Positions 47,819-58,049 of a stretch of DNA of 64,000 bases are shown here, in pieces (within the stretch, counting starts at the first letter, position 1; every line of letters begins with the position of its first letter). The stretch comes from Candidatus Levyibacteriota bacterium. GTDB lineage: Bacteria > Patescibacteriota > Microgenomatia > Levybacterales > UBA12049. The stretch lies in contig JBDRBE010000004.1 of the NCBI GenBank assembly GCA_043823085.1, positions 269,992-333,991 of the forward strand, given 5' to 3'. The notes below the pieces were generated by a model that worked only from the letters and a program-made list of their open reading frames with translations, was not told the origin of the DNA and made no database searches. A program made the translations under genes and the position numbers.

Positions 47819-50287
47819 ATGACTAATATCGGTAAAATTCAGCCCGTTGAAATCACAACGGAAATGAAGAAAAGTTATCTTGATTACGCCATGAGCGTAA
47901 TTGTTGCCCGTGCTTTACCTGATGTTAAAGACGGTCTAAAACCGGTCCACAGACGCATCCTCTACGCCATGCACGAAATGAATCTAACCCACAGCGCTAA
48001 ATACGCAAAAAGTGCAAAAATTGTCGGAGAAGTCATGGGGAAATATCATCCTCACGGAGATATGCCAATTTATGACGCTCTTGTCCGGCTTGCACAGAAT
48101 TTTTCCATGCGTTATCCGCTTATTGACGGTCAGGGTAACTTTGGTTCCATGGACGGCGATCCGCCGGCAGCAATGAGATACACAGAGGCCAGACTTGCCG
48201 CAATAACTTCCGAGATGCTTTACGATTTAGACAAAGAGACTGTCTTGTATACGCAAAATTTTGACGCGACTCTTAAAGAACCTCTATATCTGCCTGCAAA
48301 ACTGCCGAATTTACTTTTGATGGGATCTGAAGGCATTGCTGTTGGCATGGCAACCAAAATTCCTCCGCATAATCTTGGAGAAGTTATTGACGCGATTAAT
48401 TTTATGATCGAAAAAACAACTATTTCCAAAGATGAAAAACATACCTTTAACACATCGGGCATGACCATTGACGAACTTTTAGAATTTATTAAAGGCCCGG
48501 ATTTTCCAACATATGGCGTAATTTACGATATATCAGAAATAAAAAATGTATATTTAACAGGACGGGGACGAATAATTATTCGCGGAAAAGCGGATATTGA
48601 AGATATTGGCAATGGAAAATCCGCGATTATAATTACCGAACTTCCGTATCAAGTTAACAAAGCACTGCTTGTGGCGCGCATTGCCGATTTGGCAAAAGAG
48701 AAAAAGGTTGAAGGAATTTCAGATCTCCGCGACGAATCGGACAGACATGGAATAAGAGTTGTTGTCGAATTAAAAAGAGACACTACGCCAAAAAAAGTTT
48801 TGAATAATTTGTTTAAACACACCGCTCTTCAAACAATTTTTCCGGCAAACATTGTTGCTTTGGTAGACGGAACACCCCAAACATTAAACCTTAAAACAAT
48901 TTTGGAAGAATATTTAAAACATCGTTTTTCTGTGATTTTCAAACGGTCTGAATTTGAACTCGTCCAGTCAAAAGCAAGACTGCATATTTTAAAAGGGTTA
49001 AAAATTGCGGTTGATAATATTGACGCCGTTATAAAAACCATCCGCGCCTCAAAAACACAAGAAGAGGCAAAGCAAAATTTAATGGAAAAATTCAAGTTAT
49101 CGGATCTTCAGGCAACTGCAATTTTGGACATGCAACTCCGCCGTCTTGCAGCCCTTGAAAGACAAAAAATTGAAGACGAGTACGAAATGGTTAAAGAAAC
49201 AATTGAATATCTTGAGGATTTGCTTGCCAATCCGCCAAAAATTTTAAAAGTAATAAAAGGCGAGCTTTCAAATCTCAGAGAGAAATATCATGATGAGCGA
49301 AGAACCAGAGTTTTTAAAAGTAAAGTCGGCGAGTTTTCCGAAGAAGACCTCATTCCAAATGAACCAACAGTTATAACACTGACAACAACCGGCTATATTA
49401 AAAGACAATCGTTGAATAGTTTTAGAACCCAGCATCGTGGCGGCAAAGGCGTAAGAGGAATGACTACAAAAGATGAAGATGGAATTATGCATATTCAATA
49501 TGCCCAAACCCATGATAATATTCTTTTCTTTACCAACAAAGGAAAAGTTTATCAGCTTCGCGCTTTTGAAATTGCCGAAAGCTCCAGAACCAGTAAAGGC
49601 AGTGCCATTATAAATTTATTGAGCATAGAAGTTGGTGAAAAAGTCGAATCTTTTGTAGTTTATGGAAAAAACCAAGGAAAAAAATATGTCTTTTTAACGA
49701 CAAGAAAGGGTACGGTCAAAAAATCAGCTCTTTCGGAATTTGAAAATATCAGAAGAAGCGGAATTGCGTCCATTAAACTTGATAAAAACGACGAACTTGT
49801 TTGGTCCGATTTAACAAGCGGAGACAGTGATGTTTTAATCGTTACAAAAAACGGCAAGGCCATAAGATTTTCGGAAAAAACGGCAAGGCCATTGGGACGA
49901 AACACCATGGGCGTTCGAGGAATAAAAATTACAGGAGACGACGAAGTAATCGGAATGGATGTTATCGAAAAAGGACAAAACCCTGATCTTTTGACCATTA
50001 TGGAAAGAGGTCTTGGTAAAAAAACCCCGGTTAATCAATTTCACAAGCAAAGCAGAGGAGGACAGGGAGTAAAAGTAGCAAAAGTCACACAAAAAACCGG
50101 AAAAGTCGCTTTTGCCCAAGTAATTCCCCAAATTTGCGAAGAAATTATTGTCACATCCAAACGCGGACAAATTGTTAAACTTGAACTCTCGTCTATTCCA
50201 AAGCTTTCGCGGGCAACACAAGGCGTAATTTTAATGAGATTTTCAAATCAGGCAGACAGCGTAACCTCGGGAACTTGTCTTGGTTAA
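47819..50287 (+). CDS. gyrA: DNA gyrase subunit A
   Basis: [22 protein letters not shown], GyrA box QHRGGKG. Confidence 0.98.
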   Translation: MTNIGKIQPVEITTEMKKSYLDYAMSVIVARALPDVKDGLKPVHRRILYAMHEMNLTHSAKYAKSAKIVGEVMGKYHPHGDMPIYDALVRLAQNFSMRYPLIDGQGNFGSMDGDPPAAMRYTEARLAAITSEMLYDLDKETVLYTQNFDATLKEPLYLPAKLPNLLLMGSEGIAVGMATKIPPHNLGEVIDAINFMIEKTTISKDEKHTFNTSGMTIDELLEFIKGPDFPTYGVIYDISEIKNVYLTGRGRIIIRGKADIEDIGNGKSAIIITELPYQVNKALLVARIADLAKEKKVEGISDLRDESDRHGIRVVVELKRDTTPKKVLNNLFKHTALQTIFPANIVALVDGTPQTLNLKTILEEYLKHRFSVIFKRSEFELVQSKARLHILKGLKIAVDNIDAVIKTIRASKTQEEAKQNLMEKFKLSDLQATAILDMQLRRLAALERQKIEDEYEMVKETIEYLEDLLANPPKILKVIKGELSNLREKYHDERRTRVFKSKVGEFSEEDLIPNEPTVITLTTTGYIKRQSLNSFRTQHRGGKGVRGMTTKDEDGIMHIQYAQTHDNILFFTNKGKVYQLRAFEIAESSRTSKGSAIINLLSIEVGEKVESFVVYGKNQGKKYVFLTTRKGTVKKSALSEFENIRRSGIASIKLDKNDELVWSDLTSGDSDVLIVTKNGKAIRFSEKTARPLGRNTMGVRGIKITGDDEVIGMDVIEKGQNPDLLTIMERGLGKKTPVNQFHKQSRGGQGVKVAKVTQKTGKVAFAQVIPQICEEIIVTSKRGQIVKLELSSIPKLSRATQGVILMRFSNQADSVTSGTCLG

Positions 50288-50295
50288 TAAAAAAC

Positions 50296-51336
50296 ATGAA
50301 AATTGATGGAAAAGAAATTGCTAAAAATATCCTCGAAGATCTCAAAATTAGAGTTGAAAAATTAAAAGAGAAAAATATAATCCCAGGACTTTCGATAATT
50401 TTAGTTGGAGATAACCCGGCTTCCAAAGCTTATGTTCGGCAAAAAGAATTAAAAGCAGAAAAAATAGGAGCAAATGCTGTCGTTTTGAATTTAGATTCTA
50501 AAACTTCAAATTCTGAATTACTAAAAACAATTGAGCAATGGAACAATGATAGCAATATTCATGGAATGATTGTTCAGCGACCTCTTCCTTCGCATATTGA
50601 TGAGAAAAAAATTGATCTTGCAACCGACCCCAAAAAAGATATTGACTCCTTCCATCCAAAGTCTCCTTATCCAATGCCTCTTGCCGCAGCAGTTTTGAAA
50701 ATTTTAGAGGAAATTTATTTATTTACAAATGGCGCGGGAAGACACAAAATTTTCGCAAAGCGAGGTACAACGCATCATAACAAAGATTTTTATCGCGGGG
50801 AGTCTTTTCATGAGGCGATGTCTTCACTAGAGTCGCCGAAGGTGACCGTATCCCGAGACGAGCCACTTGACGGCGAGTCGGAGGGACGCTTGTGTTTGAA
50901 GACTCGCCAAACTGAAAAGACGACCTCAGCGATAAACCCTATCAACTTTAAAGAGTGGTTAAAATCTAAAAGAATTGTCGTGATTGGTAAAGGGAAAACA
51001 GGCGGGGGCCCAACTATTCAAATGCTAAAAAAAATGGGGGTTGAACTTCAAATTATCGACAGCAAAACCCAAAATCCAAAAGATTTCACAAAATCTGCAG
51101 ACATAATTATTTCAACTGTCGGAAAACCAAATATTTTGAAGCCGGAAATGATTAAAAAGGGAATAATTTTAATAAGTGTGGGCCAGCATAAAGGAATTGA
51201 CGGAAAATTCCATGGAGATTATGAGGAAAATGAAATTAAAAATATCGCCTCTTTTTACACCCCAACTCCCGGGGGCATCGGCCCTGTCAACGTCGCCATG
51301 CTTCTTGAAAACCTCGTCACCGCCGCCCAAAATTGA
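50296..51336 (+). CDS. folD: Bifunctional methylene-THF dehydrogenase/cyclohydrolase with large in-frame insertion
   Basis: IDGKEIA, VGDNPAS..YV..K, VQRPLP, KDID, TPTPGGIGPV; ATG 50296. Confidence 0.93.
   Translation: MKIDGKEIAKNILEDLKIRVEKLKEKNIIPGLSIILVGDNPASKAYVRQKELKAEKIGANAVVLNLDSKTSNSELLKTIEQWNNDSNIHGMIVQRPLPSHIDEKKIDLATDPKKDIDSFHPKSPYPMPLAAAVLKILEEIYLFTNGAGRHKIFAKRGTTHHNKDFYRGESFHEAMSSLESPKVTVSRDEPLDGESEGRLCLKTRQTEKTTSAINPINFKEWLKSKRIVVIGKGKTGGGPTIQMLKKMGVELQIIDSKTQNPKDFTKSADIIISTVGKPNILKPEMIKKGIILISVGQHKGIDGKFHGDYEENEIKNIASFYTPTPGGIGPVNVAMLLENLVTAAQN
50789..50936. repeat. 148-bp multi-stem palindromic insertion in folD
   Basis: TTTATCGC/GCGATAAA, GTCTTTTCA/TGAAAAGAC, GGCGA/TCGCC, GTCTTCA/TGAAGAC nested stems. 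Confidence 0.85.
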
Positions 51337-51370
51337 TTTTCATCTAGCCTTGTGTTAATATCACGCTAAT

Positions 51371-52033
51371 ATGAGCAAAGAAAAGAAAGCAGGAGAACTA
51401 GCAAGACGTATTGAAGAAAAGAGACAAGAATCAATACGAGAAGAGGTCACTAAATTATTAGAAAAGATAAATCAAAAAATTTGCAGAATGAAGCAGTGGC
51501 GAGTAGATATCGAGGAAGCAGGAGTAGAAAATGTCTCTGTGCCAGAAGTTATACTGGCAACTGATGAATTAACAAAAGAAGCATTTGAAGAACTTGAAGT
51601 TAAACATATTCCAATCGTTATTCTGTCAGCTCCCCAAGAAAGGCAACAAGGTCCGATAAAAGTGTTCGTTACCAATGATCATCCTATTGATCATTTTAGT
51701 GTCACAAATTTTGATTTATCTGCTCATCTTCCCTTAGTCACAAGCCCCATTTGCTTAACAACTGCATTTAAAGATTATCGATATCCAGAGAATAGATATT
51801 ATAGTTTTTTCCCAATAGAAGGACGGATGAATCCTTGTCTCCCTTATTTACCAGGAGTTGATGGAACTAACTCTGCAAGTTTTCAAGATCCACGAGATGA
51901 AGAAAGTATGACCATAATTGTAATTGATGCCCGTTTTCCAACATCAGAAAGAGATGTGACATTTTTTCCAGCTGAAGTTCCGAGAGATGCAATGGAAACA
52001 CTTAGCGGTGTGCAATTTTTTCGCGATCGATAA
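51371..52033 (+). CDS. Orphan hypothetical protein
   Basis: 220-aa ORF between duplicated folD 3' segments. Confidence 0.7.
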   Translation: MSKEKKAGELARRIEEKRQESIREEVTKLLEKINQKICRMKQWRVDIEEAGVENVSVPEVILATDELTKEAFEELEVKHIPIVILSAPQERQQGPIKVFVTNDHPIDHFSVTNFDLSAHLPLVTSPICLTTAFKDYRYPENRYYSFFPIEGRMNPCLPYLPGVDGTNSASFQDPRDEESMTIIVIDARFPTSERDVTFFPAEVPRDAMETLSGVQFFRDR

Positions 52034-52202
52034 CAAAGTTTCGAATTCCCACATCCACTTCTTTCCACTTTAATGACATATATTATTAAAGTGATTTATA
52101 CTTATCTCAACTCTATGACTTCTAGCGTTCATTTTATAACTTCGTTGCTTTTGGATTATCACGGCAATCTTTCCGAGGACCGTCCCCATTATTTATCTCC
52201 CT

Positions 52203-52261
52203 TCAACGTCGCCATGCTTCTTGAAAATTTAGTCGTTGCAACAGAAACTAGCTCAACATAA
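52203..52261 (+). pseudogene. Displaced duplicate folD 3' end
   Basis: 25 bp identical to 51287-51311, continuing as NVAMLLENLVVATETSST*. Confidence 0.85.
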
Positions 52262-52317
52262 AAATTCAGAATGAAGATTCTATCAGAATTATGCAGATGC
52301 GAAGAGAACTTCAGTTT

Positions 52318-52440
52318 CTAGTTCTTTTTTGCGTCTTTCCTCTTTTTCCTCCAACTTCCGTCTTTATTTCTGTCTCTCGGTTGTTTCCCTCCGTGTTCGT
52401 CCCTGACATAAGGACCTTTCCCCAATCTTCTATCTCCCAT
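52318..52440 (-). CDS. 40-aa basic microprotein, not in ORF track
   Basis: SD AAAGGAGGTG; MGDRRLGKGPYVRDEHGGKQPRDRNKDGSWRKKRKDAKKN*; TATACT -10 upstream. Confidence 0.7.
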   Translation of the reverse strand: MGDRRLGKGPYVRDEHGGKQPRDRNKDGSWRKKRKDAKKN

Positions 52441-52540
52441 TTGCTCCACCTCCTTTCATAAAAAAATCCTATTTTTCAAATATAATCGTCGCAACTTTAG
52501 TATACCACCACAACGAAGCGGAATCATCATTTTTTCCCAA

Positions 52541-52623
52541 TTGACAACAAATACCCCTTCTGTTAAAGTAAAATCCCAGAGCGACCTGCCATCCGCGTAG
52601 CGCGAGCAAAAGCCCTGGTTTTT
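52541..52623 (+). promoter_or_regulatory. pyr operon promoter and structured 5' leader
   Basis: TTGACA(52541)-17-TAAAGT(52564); leader hairpin CCAGAGC...GCCCTGG ending 5 nt before ATG. Confidence 0.7.
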
Positions 52624-53580
52624 ATGGATAAAATTAACGGAAAGTTCAAAGGTAAAGATATTCTTTCCCTCGATCAATTCTCCCCAAAAGACATCAGTAT
52701 CCTCTTTAAATTAACTAAAAAAATGAAAAATATCGCGTATAATGCCAGACCATCAAAGGTACTCCATGGTAATATTGTTGTTCTTCTTTTTTATGAACCC
52801 TCCAGTCGTACATTTGGATCTTTTTCAGCTTCTGCTAAACAATTAGGAGGACAAACAGTTGAAATTCAAAACCCTCAAGAATTTTCATCGGTTTCAAAAG
52901 GAGAAACATTCGAAGATACCATGCGAGTTTTTGAAGCATATTGCGACGCAATCGTAATTCGCCACCCGGAAGTCGGCAGCGCAAAAAAAGCAGCCGATTT
53001 TGCAAAACGTGTTCCTGTTATTAATGCCGGTGACGGAGTAGGAGAACACCCAACGCAAACTCTTTTAGATCTCTATACTATTTATGAGAAATTTCAAAGA
53101 CTCGATAATTTAATAGGCGTTGCCGTAGGAGATATTCTTAATGGAAGAGCCGTTAAATCATTAATTCGAGGTCTTTCTTTGTTTCCGAAAAACAGGTTCT
53201 ATCTTCTTTCGCCAAATGAACTCAAACTTTCAAGAGAAGATTTTGATAATTTCAAAAAACTCAAAATAAAATTAATAGAAATAAAAAGCGAAAAAGAAAT
53301 TCCAAAAAACGCTAATTTTTGGTATTGGACAAGAACACAAAAAGAACGATTTAAAACTAAAAAGGCATACGAAAAAGTGAAAAATCGTTTTATTCTGACA
53401 AATGATCTACTAAAAAAATATGGGAATAAAAATTTGATTTTAATGCACCCATTGCCAAGAGTTGGAGAAATTGAAACAGATATTGATATTGACCCACGGG
53501 CAGTTTATTTAACTTCGCAAACAAGAAATGGAATGTATATTCGCATGGCGCTTTTAGCGCTAGTTTTAGGTAAAATATGA
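52624..53580 (+). CDS. pyrB: Aspartate carbamoyltransferase
   Basis: FYEPSSRT, KGETFEDT, INAGDG.GEHPTQ, RTQKER, HPLPR. Confidence 0.96.
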   Translation: MDKINGKFKGKDILSLDQFSPKDISILFKLTKKMKNIAYNARPSKVLHGNIVVLLFYEPSSRTFGSFSASAKQLGGQTVEIQNPQEFSSVSKGETFEDTMRVFEAYCDAIVIRHPEVGSAKKAADFAKRVPVINAGDGVGEHPTQTLLDLYTIYEKFQRLDNLIGVAVGDILNGRAVKSLIRGLSLFPKNRFYLLSPNELKLSREDFDNFKKLKIKLIEIKSEKEIPKNANFWYWTRTQKERFKTKKAYEKVKNRFILTNDLLKKYGNKNLILMHPLPRVGEIETDIDIDPRAVYLTSQTRNGMYIRMALLALVLGKI

Positions 53581-54632
53581 CTGGAAAATTAATTTTAGAA
53601 GATGGAACTACTCTAGAAGGCCAAAGTTTTGGAGCAGAAATTAGTGTTGCCGGCGAAGTAGTTTTTTCAACCGGCATGGTGGGATACCCCGAAAGCATTA
53701 CAGATCCCTCGTATCAAGGACAGATTTTAATCATGACCTACCCTTTAATTGGAAACTATGGCGTTCCCAAAAAATCCTATTGGGAGTCCGATAGTATAAA
53801 AGTTTCTGGACTTATAGTTTCAAGCTACATTGACACACCGTCGCATTTTCAAAACACAATGACTCTTTCCAGATGGCTTAAAAATGAAAATATTCCATCA
53901 CTTGAAATCGCAGATACCAGATTTTTAGCGCAAAAAATTAGAGAGAAGGGGACAATGCTTGGAAAAATTATTTTAAATAAAACCCTTGATTTTTACGATC
54001 CGAACAAAAGAAATCTTGTGGCTGATGTATCTTCTAAAAAAGTTGAAATTTTAGGAAATGGCAAAAAAACCATAGTTCTTATTGATTGCGGAGTTAAAAG
54101 AAATATTGTCAATAACCTTTTAAAAAAAGGGGTAAAAATTATTAAAGTCCCTTGGGACTTCGATCCCTTCAACTCCTTTTTACACCCCGGGGGTGTAAAG
54201 CTAAACTTTGATGGCATTGTCATTTCTAATGGTCCAGGCGACCCAAAGATGGCAAATAAAACTATTGAAACAATTAAAAAAGCATTGGAAAAGAAAATTC
54301 CTATTTTTGGAATTTGTCTTGGAAACCAAATTTTGGCATTGGCCGCCGGAGGAGACACATATAAACTAAAATTCGGACACAGAAGCCAAAACCAGCCTTG
54401 CGTAATGAGTGACTCCCAACGGTGTTTTATAACCGTCCAAAACCACGGTTTTGCGGTTGAAAAAATCCCTAAGGATTTTAAACCGTGGTTTATAAATGCC
54501 AACGACAAATCAAACGAAGGAATTATTCACAAAAATCTGCCTTTTATGTCGGTTCAATTCCACCCCGAAGCAACTCCAGGCCCACAAGACACAGAATGGA
54601 TATTTGATTATTTCTTGGAAAGGATACCTTAA
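53577..54632 (+). CDS. carA: Carbamoyl-phosphate synthase small subunit
   Basis: GEVVFSTGMVGY, SNGPGDP, GICLG, QFHPE. Confidence 0.97.
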   Translation: MTGKLILEDGTTLEGQSFGAEISVAGEVVFSTGMVGYPESITDPSYQGQILIMTYPLIGNYGVPKKSYWESDSIKVSGLIVSSYIDTPSHFQNTMTLSRWLKNENIPSLEIADTRFLAQKIREKGTMLGKIILNKTLDFYDPNKRNLVADVSSKKVEILGNGKKTIVLIDCGVKRNIVNNLLKKGVKIIKVPWDFDPFNSFLHPGGVKLNFDGIVISNGPGDPKMANKTIETIKKALEKKIPIFGICLGNQILALAAGGDTYKLKFGHRSQNQPCVMSDSQRCFITVQNHGFAVEKIPKDFKPWFINANDKSNEGIIHKNLPFMSVQFHPEATPGPQDTEWIFDYFLERIP

Positions 54633-54718
54633 TGTCATGCCGAAATCTTTAGGTGTCGTCCTGAATTTATTTCAGGACCTCGTTTTGCTCGAGATGCCGA
54701 AACAAGTTCGGCATGACA
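54633..54718. repeat. Family-B palindromic element, intergenic
   Basis: TGTCATGCCGAA...TTCGGCATGACA ends with internal GTCCTGAA/TTCAGGAC hairpin. Confidence 0.85.
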
Positions 54719-54731
54719 AGGAGAAAATAAT

Positions 54732-57700
54732 ATGAAAATTAAAAAAGTACTAATTTTGGGCTCTGGAGCGTTGAAAATTGGCGAGGCGGGGGAGTTTGAC
54801 TACTCCGGTTCTCAAGCCATTAAAGCCCTTAAAGAGGAAGGGATAAAAACAGTTTTAGTTAATCCAAACATTGCCACTATTCAAACCTCAAAATTTTTAG
54901 CAGACACTGTTTACTTTCTTCCCATTGATGATTTTTTTGTCGAAAAAATAATTAAAAAAGAAAAGCCAGACGGGATCCTTCTCTCTTTTGGCGGCCAAAC
55001 AGCTCTCAATTGCGGAATAAATCTCTACAAAAAAGGGGTTCTTAAAAAGAATAATGTACAGATACTTGGCACTCCGATCTCGGCAATTCTTTTAACCGAA
55101 GATCGCAATAAATTCGCCAAACATCTTTTAAAAATAGGGGTTCCGATTCCAAAAAGCCAGACAGCAAATTCAGCAAAACAGGTAAAAATAATCGCTAAAG
55201 AAATTGGTTTTCCGGTGATGGTAAGAGCCGGTTTTACTCTAGGAGGACAAGGATCGGGAATTGCACAAAACGAGAAGGAATTAAATAAAATAGCGGAAGC
55301 GGCTTTTTCTTTTGCCCCGCAGGTTTTAATTGAAAAATATTTACATCACTACAAAGAAATTGAATACGAAGTTGTCCGCGACAAATTTGATAATTGTATT
55401 ACAGTCTGCAATATGGAAAACATGGACCCTATGGGAATTCACACCGGCGAATCTATTGTGGTTGCTCCTAGCCAAACTTTAAATAATTTTGAATATCAGG
55501 CTTTGCGAAACGCAGCCATAAAAATTGTCCGAAGTCTAAAAATCGTCGGCGAATGCAATGTCCAATTTGCATTAAACCCAAACCCTAATCGCAATGTCAT
55601 CCTGAGGAGCAAAGCGACGAAGGATCTCACCGACGTTCGAGATTCTTCGACTTCGCCTCAGAATGACAATAATGATATTGAATACTACGTTATCGAGGTC
55701 AACGCCCGGCTTTCCCGAAGTTCAGCTCTGGCATCAAAAGCAACCGGATATCCGCTTGCCTATGTCGCAGCAAAATTGGCACTCGAAAAAAATCTTACTT
55801 CTATCAAAAATAAAGTTACCAGCATTACCCAATCCTGTTTTGAACCGGCTCTTGATTATATTGTTGTCAAAATTCCCCGCTGGGATATAGAAAAATTCAA
55901 AGGCGCAGAAGAACAAATTGGAAGCAGTATGAAATCAGTCGGAGAAGTGATGGGAATTGGAAGGACTTTTGAAGAAACGTATCAAAAAGCCATCCGCATG
56001 CTTGATTTAGATTTTGAGGGCGCGGTAAATGAAAAAATAATAAAAAATGAAAAGTCATTAACTTATCAATTAAAAACACCAACCCCAAAACGCATTTTCG
56101 CAATTGCCAAAGCGATTTCGCAAAACTTTTCCATTAAAAGAATCAATCAATTAACTGGAATTGACCCGTGGTTTTTATATCATATTAAAAGCATCGTTGA
56201 TCAAGAAAAAAACCTCCGGAATAAAAAAATAAATGATTTATCCAAAGAAAAATTATTAGAATTAAAGAGATTAGGATTTTCCGACAAACGCATCGGGCAG
56301 CTTCTGGGAGTCTTGGGACTTGAAATTAGAAAAATTAGGAAGAAATGGAAAATTTTGCCAAACGTTTTTCAAATTGACACTCTGGCAGGCGAATTTCCCG
56401 CTAAAACCAATTATCTTTACACAACATACGGTAATAATCATGATGATGTTAAACCGGCCGGAAAAAGCGGAGTGATAGTTTTGGGCTCAGGCCCTTACAG
56501 AATTGGTTCGTCTGTTGAATTTGACTGGACAAGTGTTAATACTGTTTTGGCGCTAAAAGAACATAAAAAACAATCGATAATAATAAACTGCAATCCGGAA
56601 ACCGTTTCCACAGACTATGATATTTCCGACCGGCTTTATTTTGAAGAATTATCATTTGAAAGAATCGCAGATATTTATGAATTTGAAAATCCGTTGGGCG
56701 TTATTATTTCTGTGGGCGGACAAACGCCAAACAACAGAGCAAAATCGCTAAAAAGTTATGGCTTTCATATTCTTGGGACAGACCCCGCAAATATTGACAG
56801 GGCAGAGGATAGGAATAAATTTTCCAAACTTCTTGACCATCTTAAAATTTCACAGCCTCCCTGGAACAAATTTTCTAACATTAAAGATGCTTTAAGTTTT
56901 TGCGAAAAAGTAGGCTACCCTGTATTAATTCGTCCTTCTTATGTACTATCTGGAACAAGTATGAATATCTGTTATGACCAAAAAGAATTTCTTCATTATC
57001 TTAAAAAAGCTTCTTACATTTCCAAAGAATATCCCGTAACAGTTTCCAAATTTATTAAAGATGCAAAGGAAATTGAGTATGACGCGGTCGCCCAAAAAGG
57101 AAAAATCAAGACCTCGGTGATTTCCGAACACATAGAAAATGCCGGAATTCATTCGGGAGACGCAACAATTGTACTCCCGCCGCAAAAAATTTATCTTGAA
57201 ACGCAAAGAAAAATCCATAACGTTGCCAATAAATTAGCAGAGTCTCTTGTTATTTCCGGCCCTTTCAACATACAATTTTTAGCCAAAGATAATGATATTT
57301 CTGTAATCGAAATTAATCTTCGCTCATCGCGGACTTTTCCTTTTATTTCCAAGGTTACCGGCGTTGATTTTATCAAACTCTCTGTAGATTCTTTTTTTGG
57401 CAAACATATTCCGAAGATTTTCACCAATTCATTAAAATTTACAGCAGTAAAAGTTGCCCAGTTTTCTTTTGCAAGACTTACCGGCGCAGATCCGATAATT
57501 CGTGTCGAAATGGCATCAACCGGCGAGGTGGCTTGTTTTGGAGAAAATGTTGAGGAGGCGTTTTTAAAAGGAGAACTTGCTGTTGGTGGAAAAATTCCAA
57601 AAATCGGTGTCTTCCTAAGTTTAGGGGGAGAAGAAAATAAAATTAAATTTTTAGAAAACTTTCCTCATTTGAAATTTTTGAATCTTCCGATTTTTGCAAC

Positions 57701-58007
57701 AGAGAAAACAGCTGACTTTCTCAAAAATTTTGGCTTAAAAGCAAAACATCTTTATAAACTTCATGAAAAGAAAACTCCCAATGCGCTGGCATATTTTCAG
57801 GAGAGAAAAATTGACCTTGTAATTAATATTGCCGACGCAAATATTAAAAAAGATATTGATGACGATTATGCCATAAGACGCGCGGCAGTTGACCACAACA
57901 TCTCTCTTTTTACTGATTTAAAAAAAGCACATCTTTTCCTAAAAGCCCTGGCGCAAAATAATCTTAATGATATCCCAATTAAATCCTGGGAAGAATATAC
58001 AGGATAA
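54732..58007 (+). CDS. carB: Carbamoyl-phosphate synthase large subunit
   Basis: GEFDYSG.QA, NMENMDPMGIHTGES, RLSRSSALASKATG, NPETVSTDYD. Confidence 0.98.
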   Translation: MKIKKVLILGSGALKIGEAGEFDYSGSQAIKALKEEGIKTVLVNPNIATIQTSKFLADTVYFLPIDDFFVEKIIKKEKPDGILLSFGGQTALNCGINLYKKGVLKKNNVQILGTPISAILLTEDRNKFAKHLLKIGVPIPKSQTANSAKQVKIIAKEIGFPVMVRAGFTLGGQGSGIAQNEKELNKIAEAAFSFAPQVLIEKYLHHYKEIEYEVVRDKFDNCITVCNMENMDPMGIHTGESIVVAPSQTLNNFEYQALRNAAIKIVRSLKIVGECNVQFALNPNPNRNVILRSKATKDLTDVRDSSTSPQNDNNDIEYYVIEVNARLSRSSALASKATGYPLAYVAAKLALEKNLTSIKNKVTSITQSCFEPALDYIVVKIPRWDIEKFKGAEEQIGSSMKSVGEVMGIGRTFEETYQKAIRMLDLDFEGAVNEKIIKNEKSLTYQLKTPTPKRIFAIAKAISQNFSIKRINQLTGIDPWFLYHIKSIVDQEKNLRNKKINDLSKEKLLELKRLGFSDKRIGQLLGVLGLEIRKIRKKWKILPNVFQIDTLAGEFPAKTNYLYTTYGNNHDDVKPAGKSGVIVLGSGPYRIGSSVEFDWTSVNTVLALKEHKKQSIIINCNPETVSTDYDISDRLYFEELSFERIADIYEFENPLGVIISVGGQTPNNRAKSLKSYGFHILGTDPANIDRAEDRNKFSKLLDHLKISQPPWNKFSNIKDALSFCEKVGYPVLIRPSYVLSGTSMNICYDQKEFLHYLKKASYISKEYPVTVSKFIKDAKEIEYDAVAQKGKIKTSVISEHIENAGIHSGDATIVLPPQKIYLETQRKIHNVANKLAESLVISGPFNIQFLAKDNDISVIEINLRSSRTFPFISKVTGVDFIKLSVDSFFGKHIPKIFTNSLKFTAVKVAQFSFARLTGADPIIRVEMASTGEVACFGENVEEAFLKGELAVGGKIPKIGVFLSLGGEENKIKFLENFPHLKFLNLPIFATEKTADFLKNFGLKAKHLYKLHEKKTPNALAYFQERKIDLVINIADANIKKDIDDDYAIRRAAVDHNISLFTDLKKAHLFLKALAQNNLNDIPIKSWEEYTG
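55595..55668. repeat. Family-B palindromic element within carB
   Basis: TGTCATCCTGAGG...CCTCAGAATGACA; encodes VILRSKATKDL...DSSTSPQND. Confidence 0.88.
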
Positions 58008-58049
58008 TTAAATCGTTGACCTAAAATTTGTCTGTGCTACAATAGTTTC

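Noticed and set aside
52575-52620. ykkC-type (guanidine/PRPP) riboswitch suggested by AAAAGCCCTGG
   Set aside because: Leader is only about 48 nt and lacks the conserved CUAGGGUUCCG core.
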